A stretch of DNA of 64,000 bases from Octopus sinensis (GCF_006345805.1 NC_043000.1:111104001-111168000); one strand, 5' to 3'. Shown: positions 27,969-41,186, numbered from the stretch's first letter. Numbers and translations: made by a program. Notes: generated by a model from the sequence alone, not told the origin.

Positions 27969-28964
27969 CTAGATAGATGCACGCGGGCACACACACACAT
28001 ATAATGTGAGCTGGCTGAATCGTTAGTATATCCAACAAAGTGCTTTGCTACATTTTTTGCGGCTCCTTATGTTCTGCGTTCAAAGTACACCTGGGAGTCA
28101 ACTCTGCCTCTCCGTGAAGTACCATAAAGTCAGAAATATCTCAGAAGACATGGCGATGGTGGGACGGTGAGCGGGTAATCGGAAATGATAAAGCACTGGA
28201 AGAATATTCAGGATAATGGATCTTCAGTATTTTATGGGAAAACTTTAGTCAAAGGGAAATGGAACCATACGTAGATATCTTGTTCGTAGAATATTGATCG
28301 TAAGATAAATCATGGATATTCTTTTCACACATAACCATTTTTCACTCTCCTAGAATAATTTGAAACCAATATTTTTGCTTTCTTCGTTGATGTGTAAGTA
28401 TATTACGGTCACGATGGGTAGATTATCAAAGGAGGGTTCAAGGGTGGCTGGATGTGTGAAGCAGAAAGTGGTATCCGTCAAAGGAGGGTTCAATGGCGGC
28501 TGGATGTGTGAGGTAGAAAGGGGTATCTGCGGTACAGTTGTTCTAGCTAGCTGCGTAAGACATGTGGCTGTACCGATGGGATTGCTTAAGTAGTATACAA
28601 ATCTTACCTGCGATGCTCTTGTGTTACCTGTGTTGTCTTACTGTTGGGATGTATTGTATGTATTGAAAAGGAGGTGTTTGGAAAATTTCAACGTGACGTT
28701 GGGAGCTTTTAGCCTGGTGGCACAATTGTGAGGGGAACAATTTGTATTTTTCTATTAAATGAAAGTATTTTATGTTGTTGGAATTCTTTTAAATGCTTGT
28801 ATGCTGACGTGCTTTATTTTGATTGAGAGTTGATTATGGTACTTACGTACAGGGTGCAAGATTAAGTTATGAAGTTTCCCAAATGACTCGTTCTGTCTCG
28901 TTTCATCGATAAGTGATAGAGAATCTAAAGTGGGGTGTCCTGTGTAGGACAGGCAACGAATAAA

Positions 28965-29163
28965 CACCTTAAAAGTTCATTATTTACATTATTCACATTT
29001 GACGGATATTTGTCCTCATCTTGTTTGTTGTTAACACGTTTCGGCTGATATATCCTCCAGCCATCATCAAATGTCTTGGGGAAATTTCGAACCAGGGTCC
29101 TCATTCCTAAGGTAATTTTCAATGTTGCTGTTGTTGTTGTTGTTGTTGTTATCATCATCATCA

Positions 29164-29199
<36 letters not shown>

Positions 29200-29300
29200 T
29201 CACTGGAATCGAACTCGCCATATGCCCATGGGCATATGGCGTAGTGGTTAAGAGCGCGGGCTACTAACCCCAAGATTCCAAGTTCGATTCCAGGCAATGA

Positions 29301-29337
<37 letters not shown>

Positions 29338-29495
29338 CATAATAATAAAATACCTTAGGAATGAGAAGCCAGTTTGAAATTTCCCCAAGACACCTGATGA
29401 GTGCTGGAGGGTATATCAGCAGAAACATTGTGTTAACAACAAACAAGATGAGGGCAAATATCCATCAAATGTAAATAATGTAAATAATGTACACA
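28965..29495. repeat. Large foldback (Penelope-type arms, (AAT)n, central tRNA-like SINE head)
   Basis: 28965-29125 is the reverse complement of about 29345-29495; a perfect 26-bp palindrome lies at 29216-29241. Confidence 0.8.
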
Positions 29496-29631
29496 ATTCC
29501 TCATCTCTTAAATAAAGAACTGTACCTTAAAAGTTATTGCAGCAAAGTTGTATTGAAATATAGACAATTGTTAAAAGATTCCTTGTTTTCATTTTACTAA
29601 TAAATTAATTAACCAATTTATATATTTTCAG

Positions 29632-29937
29632 TCATCAAATACATGTTACTGGCTGATTTCGAGAACGAAATCAGCTGAAAAGACAGAAGAAGGAAACGTC
29701 AGTCCTGTTGTAACGGAAGATTGTAAAACACCCGTGAAAGATACCAAAGAAAATCAAGTGGAAAGAAAAGAAGAAATTCCTTTGAAAAATTCCCCTTTAC
29801 ACAAAGATTCCCAACTAGCTATACCTCTAGAACATAATTCCATCACTGCACCGTCTCTACAATTAAATGTACCACAGATCAGAAAAACTTCGCCGTTAAA
29901 CAAAACCAGCAACAAAATATTCCCCCTTGAACAATGA
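29632..29937 (+). CDS. Coding exon 3 of 3: end of the cyclase fold (SSNTCYWL) plus a low-complexity S/T/P/K/E-rich C-terminal tail, TGA stop
   Basis: TATTTTCAG| acceptor at 29631, phase 0 and in frame with track ORF 29734..29937. TCYWL matches the terminal TYWL strand of class III cyclases. Total CDS 3213 nt is divisible by 3. A small missed exon between exons 2 and 3 cannot be excluded. Confidence 0.8.
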   Translation, partial: SSNTCYWLISRTKSAEKTEEGNVSPVVTEDCKTPVKDTKENQVERKEEIPLKNSPLHKDSQLAIPLEHNSITAPSLQLNVPQIRKTSPLNKTSNKIFPLEQ

Positions 29938-30295
29938 TCATTTCCATCAAACAAAACAGATCGTTTCTTTGAATAATTAAAGTACAGCAAGATGGTCTAT
30001 CGTTTCATAAACATTCATATTACATAAACATAAAACATTAGATTCGTTAGCTGTAATTTTATGAGTCTGTCAGAAGAGGAAGGGCAGCTGCGGCTCTCAT
30101 GAACTGCGAAGTTTCCTCTGAAGTTTTTCAGCGCATCAGTGAATGGTTGGAGTAAACGAAAAAGTTATGCTTGAACTGAAGTCCTGGTCCAATTTGTTGA
30201 ATGCAGGACTCCGTTAAAGGTACCCAGAGTGCCAACTGGTGGTGAGAAACCAGACGACGTTTAAGTCTATTGCTCAAATAATCAAATATCCGAAA

Positions 30296-30301
30296 AATAA
30301 A
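30296..30301 (+). promoter_or_regulatory. Candidate polyadenylation signal of the receptor gene
   Basis: AATAAA about 360 nt after the stop, followed by a T-rich tract. AATAAA is common in AT-rich DNA, so this is weak. Confidence 0.3.
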
Positions 30302-31137
30302 TCAGTAAAATTCTTTTTGTTTTTAATATAAAAATCAACGATATTGTTTCTTTTTTGTTTCCTTTTTTAGCAAATAGTCATAATCTATCTCATTTGAATT
30401 ATAAGATTAATCAAGGACCACATAATGTGTGTGATTAATACCACAGAACCCTCTGAATGAAGGGCCTTGCTCAAAAGTTTACGGTTTAAAGAAGGACTTT
30501 ACTCAACCCTGAATTTGCATTCCAATAATTTTATAAATTCGCACTATTTGGTGCAGATATGGCTGTGTAGTTAAGAAGATTAATGCAACCGCGTGGTTTC
30601 AAGTTCAGTCTCACTGCACGGCAACTCGAGCAAGTATCTTCCACTATCGCATTGTGACCAGCGATGTATAACAACAGACGATAATCTGGTTGATCACGTG
30701 ATACATACGTGGCGAGCTGGCAGAATCGCTAGCACGCTGAACAAAAAGCTGAGCGGCATATCGTCAGTCTTTACGTTCGAATTCCGCTGAGGTTGACTTT
30801 GCTTTTCTTCTTTTGAGAGGTCAATAAAACAAGCATCACCCGAGCACCGGGGTGGGGATGTAATCGACCTCCCCACCTTCTCCCAAACTGCTCGTCTCGT
30901 GCCGAACTCTGAAACTTATGTCTCTTTGCGCCGATATTTCTAAATTCTTTCCAGACTCAAAAACTTCTTCAGATTTTCCGCACATACATTTATGCATTTA
31001 TATAGAAGGCATCGGTTGGTCTCGAATGACCATGGATCTGCGTCCAAAGAGATCGTGTCAGCAGCTGACGGTGGTGTAGCGTGTGCAGTGGCCGTAGAAG
31101 CCCACACTGGAGTGGCAGTCGTACGAACATATATATG

Positions 31138-31247
<110 letters not shown>

Positions 31248-31600
31248 TAATGGTGTCATTGAGACCCAAAGGTGTCAGGTAATGCTGAATAAGTGCTATA
31301 GACAGATATTACCAGATTCGGTAATATTGCGAATAACGGGTTCAACGTTGGTTCTATGTCAGCGTGTGTATATATGAATTTTTTGCGTAATAAGATAAAA
31401 AACCGAGGCTGTATAGATATTAGAGCATTTATAGATAGAAGGTCTTACAGCTGTTCCTAGGATATTAATTATAATATCCCTTCATCGGAGACGGTGTGAG
31501 AGGAAAAATTAAGTCATAGTTAGCTTAGATGTGATACAAATTGGTGGAGGAAAGATATATATATATATATTATATATATATATATTATATATATATATAT

Positions 31601-31838
31601 AAATTCTATAATTATGAGTATAAATATAATTAGGGTTCAGCAAAACTTTGCTTCACCACATACCGAAATTTAGAAATAGCAGTTAAAACTAACTATTTCA
31701 CTACCATAAGAAAAGAAATCTGGGAAATTTTCTTATGGTAGTAAAATAGTAGTTTAACTGCTATTTTTAAATTTCGGTATGTGGTGAAGTAAATTTTTGC
31801 TAACCCTAATTATAATTATACTCATAATTATAGAATTT
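31601..31838. repeat. AT-rich foldback (arms of about 113 bp)
   Basis: AAATTCTATAATTATGAGTATA...CTACCATAAGAAAA is inverted as TTTTCTTATGGTAG...TATACTCATAATTATAGAATTT. Confidence 0.8.
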
Positions 31839-31930
31839 TTGTATAAGTTTACCGATAATGGTTCTTTTAACATACTGAACTACTTGGTAAAATTATTAAT
31901 TATTAATTAATTAATTAATTAAGTTTACCC

Positions 31931-31979
<49 letters not shown>

Positions 31980-32289
31980 CTGTACATTAAAACACATAAG
32001 AGGCTTCCATCATAGGAAAGCCTTACGCTAGAAAGAACAGTTAAAGTTCAAGCCACTACTTAGGGATAAATTCTCGAAGGGAATGAAGAGTAAAAACATT
32101 TACCATCTAATTTAATTCCCGGACCATGATTTCTGACTTATTTCAGTAAAACAAAATTTACTGAGGCTGTCTTCCTCAGCGGGTAGCCTTAGATTTAAAT
32201 ATACAGTCTATTGACTAAATTTTTTTGCGCTAGGCCACTGGTAGTAAAATTTCTACAATTCTTATTACCCTAATATTATTTATTATGTT

Positions 32290-32357
<68 letters not shown>

Positions 32358-33198
32358 ATGCGCATATGTGCGTATGCGTTCAAGCACGCATATGCACGTA
32401 TCTGCTGCATTCGTGTTATCTCCCCATTCTCGTTTTACATTCCCTCCCTTATAAGTTCGATGGAATGAGTTAAAACAGTTGCAGTCAGGCTCACAGCTCA
32501 GTCGGAGTTTGATGACTCAAAGAAAAATAAAGATGAAACAATGACAACAAAAAGTTTTTCGATAAAAGCGATTATTTTAATCATCAGGAATCACAATTTT
32601 ATTTTATGTATGCACAAAAATTCCGATGCAATATTATATAATTCAACATCCAGCTGTATAAACATTGGAGTATCGTCCTTTAGTTTGCTTAAAGCCATAC
32701 AGACACATTGTATATAATATATATATATATATATAATACACATTGTTACAATTAAGTCATTTTACAATTAGGTATGTTTATATGTAAGTAAGTATTGTGT
32801 ATATATATATGTATGTATTTACACACGCACACACACACATATATATATATATACACATATTACCGACAGAAGCAATATTGATACCGAGAAGTGATATTTA
32901 TCCCCACTTAACATGAATGTTCTGTTAGAACTAAACTGTAGCGGATATCATGAGAGAAACTTTTTTTTTGTCTTTTAGAGATAAATGCACTCGTGTTTAT
33001 ATCGCTGGCGGTGGGAGACTTGGGATTTAAACAAGATTGCGGATATAAACAAGAGCGGCGCATTTCGCAACCCAAAATCCAATATGAGAATTTCTTTCAT
33101 GATAAATACCGCTAAATAGTTTTTCTAAAAAACATCTACATTTAAGAGGGTATATTATATAATTATATATATATATAATAATATATATATATATATAT

Positions 33199-33240
<42 letters not shown>

Positions 33241-33416
33241 GTGTGTGTGTGTGTGTGTGGTGTGTGTGTGTAATGGTATTTTGTTATAAGCTTAAGCTTA
33301 TAGCGATCACCGTTTAAATGACTAATGGAAATAGTCTACTGATGAGGCATATAAGCCCTCGACGGAAAAAGTAGGCTTTCCCGTACACGTGGGACTCGAA
33401 CCCACATCCCATTCGC

Positions 33417-33474
<58 letters not shown>

Positions 33475-33554
33475 GTATGTGTGTGTGTGTGTGTGTGTGT
33501 ACGTATGTATGTATGTATGAATGTATGTATGAATGAATGTATGTATGTATGTAT

Positions 33555-34290
33555 CGTATTTAGCGCGCAGAAAGAGGCGTGAAGTGTTTATGATTGCAAG
33601 ACAATGGAACACAGAGAATCGAGACGTTATACGGGATGAAAACGGTGCATTTGGCATCACTGGCAACAAGAGGAAGAGGGCATATTTCCAGCATTGGCTA
33701 GTAGATTATAAGGATGTATGGGGCCGACAGATGGATTACCCCACGTAGACCCAACAGACGGGTTAGCTATTAAAATTGACAGCCATTCGAGTGTGCAATT
33801 AATGATATGGAGACGGTGAGATAGCTGCTGGACCGTCAGGAATAGTCAGTGAGATGCCGAAAATATCCGGCGAAGGACGAGATGTTACTCGTATGGTTAA
33901 ATAGATTTTTCAATGAGGTTTAATAGCTAATGACTGCCCTATTAATATCAAGGGCGAAGAAGCATCAAAGTTATGATAGTAACCGAAAGAATTGTTATGA
34001 CACAACCGATTAGGAAAAGTATTGGCGTGGATGAGATGCATTTTTGGTTTAAATTAGAACGGGATATTGCGTCTGCCCTGTTCATAGTGAAACAACTACA
34101 AGAGAAGTTGTTTGGGGGCAACGGTAAGCTTCCGGTCTATCAAGATACCGTGCTCTGTAGTCTGATGGCAGCTAAGGAAACTAATGTGGGCGCCATGCAA
34201 ACCATCTACCAAGATCTTGTCGGCATGGTGAGATTTAGTAATGAGTTCAGCAAGGAATTTAGGAAGATTGTAGGTAGGTGTCCATCAAGA
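33555..34290 (+). mobile_element. Degraded RTE-clade LINE fragment
   Basis: IRKSIGVDEMHFWF...ALFIVKQLQEK matches the RTE RT motif IDEMQFGF..GRGTTDAIFIVRQLQEK; many lesions. Confidence 0.6.
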
Positions 34291-34594
34291 CTCGATTTTC
34301 AGTCCTCTCTTTTTTATTATAGTTGACCAGTTTATACCAGAGAGGTTTATAAAACTGGAAATTCATGGAAACTTCTATTGGTCAATGACTAAGTTCTTAT
34401 TCCTGCATCTTTTGAATAATGAGAAAATATTTCAAAGCATAGCCTAGAATCGAGAGAGCGAGCAAAGGAGGTGAATGAGAAAGCCCAATAAACTTATCAA
34501 CTGTGCAGGAAACAGCAGCCAAGTCTCCTCTGAACTATGTTTTTCTATCCTAAAAAGGATTGGACATAGTTAATTAATGCAGCTCTGTCTAGAG

Positions 34595-34661
34595 CAACGT
34601 TTTTCAGACATTTTTGTCGCGACCCACTGAGGGGTCAGGACCCGCAGTTTGAAAAATGCTG
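34595..34661. mobile_element. 67-bp hAT (Charlie-type) MITE
   Basis: Imperfect TIRs CAACGTTTTTCAGAC / GTTTGAAAAATGCTG flanked by a perfect 8-bp TSD GTCTAGAG (34587-34594, 34662-34669), the NTCTAGAN target typical of Charlie elements. Confidence 0.75.
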
Positions 34662-35335
34662 GTCTAGAGCTACCAGACTGTCGAGATTGGAATGCTTTTT
34701 TTTTATCATATAGTTTGTGTTAATGAAGACTGGCCTAGGGCTAACCAACAACAACATCAGCATCAGCTGGTTAATTAAATACCACTCTTTGTAGATGGAA
34801 GACAGTTCATAATGAATGACGAGACGTTAAAATATGTGAACTGGTTGACCTAGTTCTGATGTTCCCGTATCGTGGTCCCTAACTAGACGAAGCGTCTACC
34901 TGTTGTTTCTACCAACCTGCAAAAAACAACAAAACGTCCCTTAAATCACACCCTACCATCTTCAGAAAGGAAAGAACCCATTATATAGTCTTATAAACTT
35001 CTAAAAAGTCCTGATGGTCATTATTGGAATGCATTTAATAATAAATTTACTCACTCGGTTTTAAACAGCTTACAACAGGAATCTTTTCCAGAGTTATCTC
35101 CCTTGTGTGTCATGTCGCTGAAGCAAGACGCCATGACAGTTCAAGATGCCATGACATAATATAAGAAAAAGCAAATACGATTCTTTAATGGTAAAAACGT
35201 TCAAAGTGCATAAATAACAGAAATGTTTGTCGAAAATATGAATGAATTTTCTTTTTTAAACGGATGAAAAGAGTTTAAATAAATCTTAAATATCAGCAGC
35301 ATGTTTTGAATGAGTGGAAGAGACGGAGGAAACGG

Positions 35336-35442
35336 TCATCTGATACGACAGCATTTGGTCAAGGACTTTTTTTCATCGGTCAACTTTATGGAATGGTTCG
35401 CAGAATGCTTATTGACAATTACTTCTGGTGGAAGTTTCTTGG
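35336..35442 (-). CDS. Rab5-like GTPase, coding exon 5 of 5 (hypervariable tail, CCRIR prenylation motif, stop)
   Basis: Pyrimidine tract then TTTTGTAG| acceptor, phase 1. (A)KKLPPEVIVNKHSANHSIKLTDEKKSLTKCCRIR*. Total CDS 645 nt gives 214 aa. Confidence 0.88.
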
Positions 35443-36587
35443 CTACAAAATGGAGGAAAGAGAAATGTTATTTAAGCAAAAGTAACACCACCACTACCAC
35501 CAACAACAATACTAACAACACCATCGTTTCTAGCTCCACGGCTAACAACAACGAAACCCCTCATTAAAAACTCCACCACCATCTCCACCATCACAAAGTA
35601 TGACAAACGCCAAAATCATAACCACAACTGCCACAAATATACTTTTCTACAAGGCCCGAAATTTTAGGGGAGAGGACTAGTCGATTAGATCGACCCGTGT
35701 ACGCAACTGGTACTCAATTTATTGACCCCGAAAGAGAGAAAAGGCAAAGTCGTCCTCGGCGGAATTTGAACTCAGAACGTAGCGGCAGACGAAATACCGC
35801 TAAGCATTTCGCCCGGCGTGCTAACGTTTCTGCCAGCTCGCCGCCTTACAACTTCCACAAATATTGCCAAAGCCATAAACCATAAAAAGACAATTCCATG
35901 ATTGTAGTTTTTAGAGTGACCTCCCTTCGTATGACGTTCAATAGCGTTTATACGCTATTCGTTAACGCTTTAACTTTCAAGTTAACTTTGGAAATCATTA
36001 TCAGACTAATTAATTTCCGTTACATTTAACTTCTGTTTACTCAAGTCAACTTGAGTTAATTTCAATTGAATTGAAGTTAAAGGATTTTGTAGTTTTGGCA
36101 CGTTTTAGGAGTATTTTTTATGTGGTGTTTGAGAGCAAAAACGGAATTTTTTATTTTTTTCTATAATAGAAATTAACGTTAATGGTTTATTGATAATTTC
36201 TGTAACATTAGGAAATAATTAACTGATTCACAGTTATCGCAGTTAACTCTTTGGTTAACGGATTGACGGTTAACGAAGCCAACTTTTCGATTAATGGTGT
36301 CCACCTTTGGTGATTAGACTATTTCTACGAGAGCCAGAAATGAAATGGAAAACGTGAGCTTGAAACAGGCCTTTTTGTAGGAAAGAAATAAAAACATAAA
36401 GAGGAATGAATTATTTATAACTTTCGAATGGGAACGTACAACTCGGAGTACGGAAAATTTGGAGGTTTTTAATTATAATGTATTAAAGAGTACTGTACAT
36501 ATACGTATCGAGTTCTCTTGCTTATCACACCTCAGCGAATCAACAGAAATGTATGTACTTTCATACATACATGCATCCACATCTACA

Positions 36588-36774
<187 letters not shown>

Positions 36775-37937
36775 TAATTGAGGATATAATCATTATAAAG
36801 AATTTATCAAGTGGCCAGCACGTAATAAAAGCCATATAGGTAACAATACTAATACATAATTGTAAATATAATTATAGTAAAGGGTGTTGATAAACAACAC
36901 CAACCTGTATAAATATATATTATTTACTCTGATCAATTTATATTCACTGCGGTATTATTTGGGATGTAAGCGCACGTGGTTGAGATGAATAAATTAGATT
37001 AGACTCGTATATATGTGTGAAGATATATATATATATGTAGATATGTATTATTCGTTTGGGTATGTATAGATATTTATGTACTATGGGTATATTAAACTGA
37101 AGACGTTAAAGGAATTTTATAAGCTAGAAATCGTTTTTTAATGTTCTTTATTCATTTTCTGGCTTTAAGCCTGTGCTAACGGAGTGTAAGATGTGGCTTC
37201 TAGAGCTATTTGGCGTTTATCAATAGCATATTGGTGTTATTTATCTGTACCCTTTAATATAATTATATTTATAATCACACGCGTACACACACACACACAT
37301 ATATACATATATATTTGTATGTATGTATATATATTAATATATTATATATATTATGTATATTTTATATGACCATATAGATTAAAAGAGTATGGAAAACAGT
37401 CGAAATAGACAAAATCCTTTTATAAACTTTTATAATATTCTCTAACCAAAACCCTCGTATGCACATATAGAAAATATAGAAAGTAATAATACACAATTAC
37501 AACATATAAATAATTATAAATCAAAAATAATGTGAAAAACCACTAAAAAGTATTCTTTAATGCCAATAGACAATATAGATTGAAAAAGCATGGAAGACTC
37601 CACATAGAAAAAAAAACTATTTACATACAACTAATTAGAGAAAAACCTGTGTAAACCACCGTTTTTCCTGGTTTGTCCATTTACGCGGGAGTTCTGGGCA
37701 GAATGTTATAGTACATGACCATCATTGGCACATAAGTAATATGTGTGTAAAGTTTGGTGAAAATCGGTTGAGAATTGTGGAAATGTATGCGTTAGTCAAT
37801 ATACACACATACTGTGATTTATATATATTATTTGCTATGAATGCAAATAAAAGTCCAAATTGAGGGAATGTTAAATAACAACGAAGCCAAGGTATTTTAT
37901 GAAAGAAATACAGCCGTAATTAAAAAAGAATTCTTAC

Positions 37938-38031
37938 CAAGGTTGTTGAAGAGTTTCTCTACGTTTTCTCCAGTTTTAGCAGAAACAGCTTCAAATGAAA
38001 TGTTATGTTCTTCTGCAAACGTTTTGGCAAA
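37938..38031 (-). CDS. Rab5-like GTPase, coding exon 4 of 5 (94 bp; G5 SAK)
   Basis: CTTCAACAG| acceptor. FAKTFAEEHNISFEAVSAKTGENVEKLFNNL. G|GTAAG donor (phase 1). Confidence 0.9.
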
Positions 38032-39396
38032 CTGTTGAAGATAAGACGTTAAATGGTTGAGCTGTATTCCATAAAGTTTAAATCCTTTTTAGAAGTAGCT
38101 ATATATATATATATCCAAGATTATTTTAGTGTTTGTATATCATTAGTATACATCATATAAGCTATCAGTTTAACGCTCGGGAAGTGAGAAAGTCTTTTAC
38201 ATTTCGAGCCTACGCTCTTCAACAGAAAGGAACATAGAAATAAGCAGAGAGAAAATTTTAAAAGGTTTAGTTGCTAGCGATCTATCATGGCGAATGCCGA
38301 GTCAGACAGGAAAGATAGGAAGAAAGAGAGATAATAAAGTAGTGGTGATTCCAAAATGATGCGCGTGCGTGTGTATATGAGAGCGTATATGTGCAGGTGG
38401 AAGGAGGCTGATGACTTTGACGTGTGCGTGTGTGCATGTGTAGGTATGTGGATGATGGTGTAGGTGCTGGGAAATGATCAGTGCTAGTGTCTGCGGGGTG
38501 GTGTGGTGTGGTATGGTGGTGTGTGGTGTGGTGGTGTGGTGTGTGGGGGAGGTGAGAGTGGGGGAAGCAAGGGTGGGGTCTAAGGGATAAAGAGGTTGCC
38601 CTTTCAACGGGGGATGCATTTCCTCCAAGCGTACACCAGTTTAGTTCCATAACGATTAATTTTCCTGGAATGTGTTAATTTGTGTTAGTATTGGTGTTTA
38701 TTGGTGGTTCTTCTTCGACATCAGTTCTTTTCACTGATGGAGCTCCAGTGGTCGTTATACATGTTTTCATCTATCCGATATAGGAGAACAAAATTTGAAT
38801 AACATAACATTAGGAAAATGGGGAGTGTGAACACAGAAACATTCAGTTTATTTACATAAAAGTCAACTCCATGTCGCCTGCGTACATTTCAATTTCTTAC
38901 CGTCATTCATATTTTTTTTACATGATTTTTTGCGACGAGTATGATCATCATTGGGATATAACTCTGGAGGAAGCAATTGCAACAAATTGTCCAAAACAAG
39001 TCGGAGATCTGTTTGCAGATCTTCCCATTCAGGGTCAGTTGTTTAAAAGCTATATACTAGCTCAAAAGCTGCCAGGGTGGCTTTTAAGCTATTATGTATG
39101 TATGTATGTATGTATGTATGTATGTATGTATGTATGCATGTATGCATGTATGCAGGTATGTATGCATGCATGTATGTATGCATATCAACCAACATAGTCG
39201 ACATACAAAAATGTCGAATTTACTTTGTAGATCGAAAAACAATGGTGAACAGCCTGCCTTAATCGATTTTCGACACTCATTGAAGTTTCATCAGGGGTAT
39301 AATTATCCCTTGACCAATTCCAGCCAGTCTCTTACTATACACATCAAGTCTAGTAGCTCCAATGAATTGAAGCTATTAATTTGTATTCTATAAGTA

Positions 39397-40690
39397 CGAG
39401 GAGGTACCCAGAAGTAACCGGAAATGTTCTCTGTGGGACAAGCCCATGATAGTTCTGGCTTCCGCCACTAGTAGTTTCTTGATGTGACCCTCAGGCATCA
39501 GTCTGCGGACTGGCGTCGTCAGGTGGAGTCGTACTGCTACGTAATGCATCTTTGTTTTGCAGTGCTATTCCCAGTATTCGTCGATTTTTGCGATGGCTGA
39601 AACGAAGGAACTGCTTGCTTCCGAGAAATTCTGTTTTCTTCTGGGGAATACAATGCACCAAACAGTTGTAATATTTCAGACAGCTTATAGGAACGCTGCC
39701 ATGAGCAAAACACAAGTTTATGAGTGGTTTTCACGCTTTAGGAAGGGTGACTTGTTGCTTGAAGACCAACCTTGTTCAGGGTGACCGTGGACCTTCTGAA
39801 TGAAAACATCATGATAATTCATGAACTGATCTTGGGGAGGCCATCACCTAACAATTGACGAACTTGTTGATATGACTGATGTGTCCTGGAGTTCCTGCCA
39901 ATGAATTTTGGGTGAGGAATTGCGAATGAAGAGTTGCAGCAAAATTTGCGCCCCGCTTGCTCACGGAAGATCAAAAGCAGTCACAATTGAATGAGTGTCA
40001 TGAACTGAAAGAACAGTTAGAAGTTGGTCCGGAGCTTTTTTCGAAGGTCATCTCTGGTGACGAAAGCTGGTGCTACGGCTACGACCAGGAAATGGGGCAG
40101 CAATTAAGACAATGGAAGCATTAAATATCACCACGCCTCAAAAAAAGTGCATCAAGTGAAGTCCAATATCAAAACGATGCTGGTTTCTTTCGTCGATACG
40201 AAAGGAAATGTCCGCACAGGATTTGTTCCTTCTGGTCAAACTGTTAACCAGACATTTTACTTGGCAGTTGCGAAGCATTTGCGAGACATAAACACCTCGA
40301 CCTGTGACAAAAATAAAGAGTGGTTTCATCATGACAATACACCTTCGCACACTGCCTTGAGTTTGATAGATTTTGACCAAAATTGGCCCCGTTAACCCAC
40401 CCTCCCTATTCACACGATCTTGTTCCCTGTGACATTTTTTTTTTGTTTCCCCGAATGAAAAAAGTCTTTAAAGGGCAACATTTTGAAGATGTGGAAGGTG
40501 TGAAGAAAAAGAAAACGACGGAGGCGTTAAAAGGCATCACTTCGTAAAAGCTCCAGGACTGCTTCAAACACTGGGCCGATGCATTGCTTCAAATGGAGAA
40601 CACTTTGAAGGCGATAAAAATATAATCATATAAAACTAAGTGAATAAAACAACATTGCAAAATTCCGGTTTCTTTTGGGTTCCCCTCTCG
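39397..40690 (+). mobile_element. Full-length inactive mariner (D,D34D-type) DNA transposon in Rab intron 3
   Basis: TA duplications at 39395 and 40691. Imperfect TIRs of about 27 bp (CGAGGAGGTACCCAGAAGTAACCGGAA / TTCCGGTTTCTTTTGGGTTCCCCTCTCG). Transposase pieces KTQVYEWFSRF, SGDESWCYGYD, HHDNTPSH, HPPYSHDLVPCD, broken by stops and frameshifts. Length 1294 bp. Confidence 0.9.
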
Positions 40691-41117
40691 TATTTAACAC
40701 TATTTTTGTTTTGCATGTAAGGATTTTAGAAAAAAACCACTTTGATTTGACTAATAAATTCATATATTTCTATCGTCTACATTTTTCAAAGTTTAACTAT
40801 AACTGTTTGATAAAGTAAGGGCCGTGTTGTTGAAGTTGAGTTATTCAAATGAACAAAAAAGGGCTGGGAGAGCTGTTCTGAGCGACGCCTCGAGTGAAAT
40901 ATGAGCTGCTGCTGATGATGATGATCGTATGGCTAATAAGTAAATATAGGACAACAGGAAATGGATTATTATAATTAATATTTCTATAATTATTATCATT
41001 ATTATTATTATTTAGCTCGACTGTAATATTTCACTGGAATGTTTCAGTCATAAATAGTAAATAGGTTGAAATATTTTTAGTTGTGTACAGTCAATGTCTG
41101 TGTGTGTATGTGTGAAC

Positions 41118-41186
<69 letters not shown>

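Noticed and set aside
29230-29305. tRNA gene
   Set aside because: A and B boxes and an anticodon-like arm are present but no proper acceptor stem; it is a SINE head inside a foldback. The same applies to the other SINE heads.
30090-30150. SECIS element allowing readthrough of the TGA at 29935
   Set aside because: ATGA...AA...GA are present but the helix pairs for only about 4 bp; there is no Cys-homologous context and the next stop follows within 13 codons.
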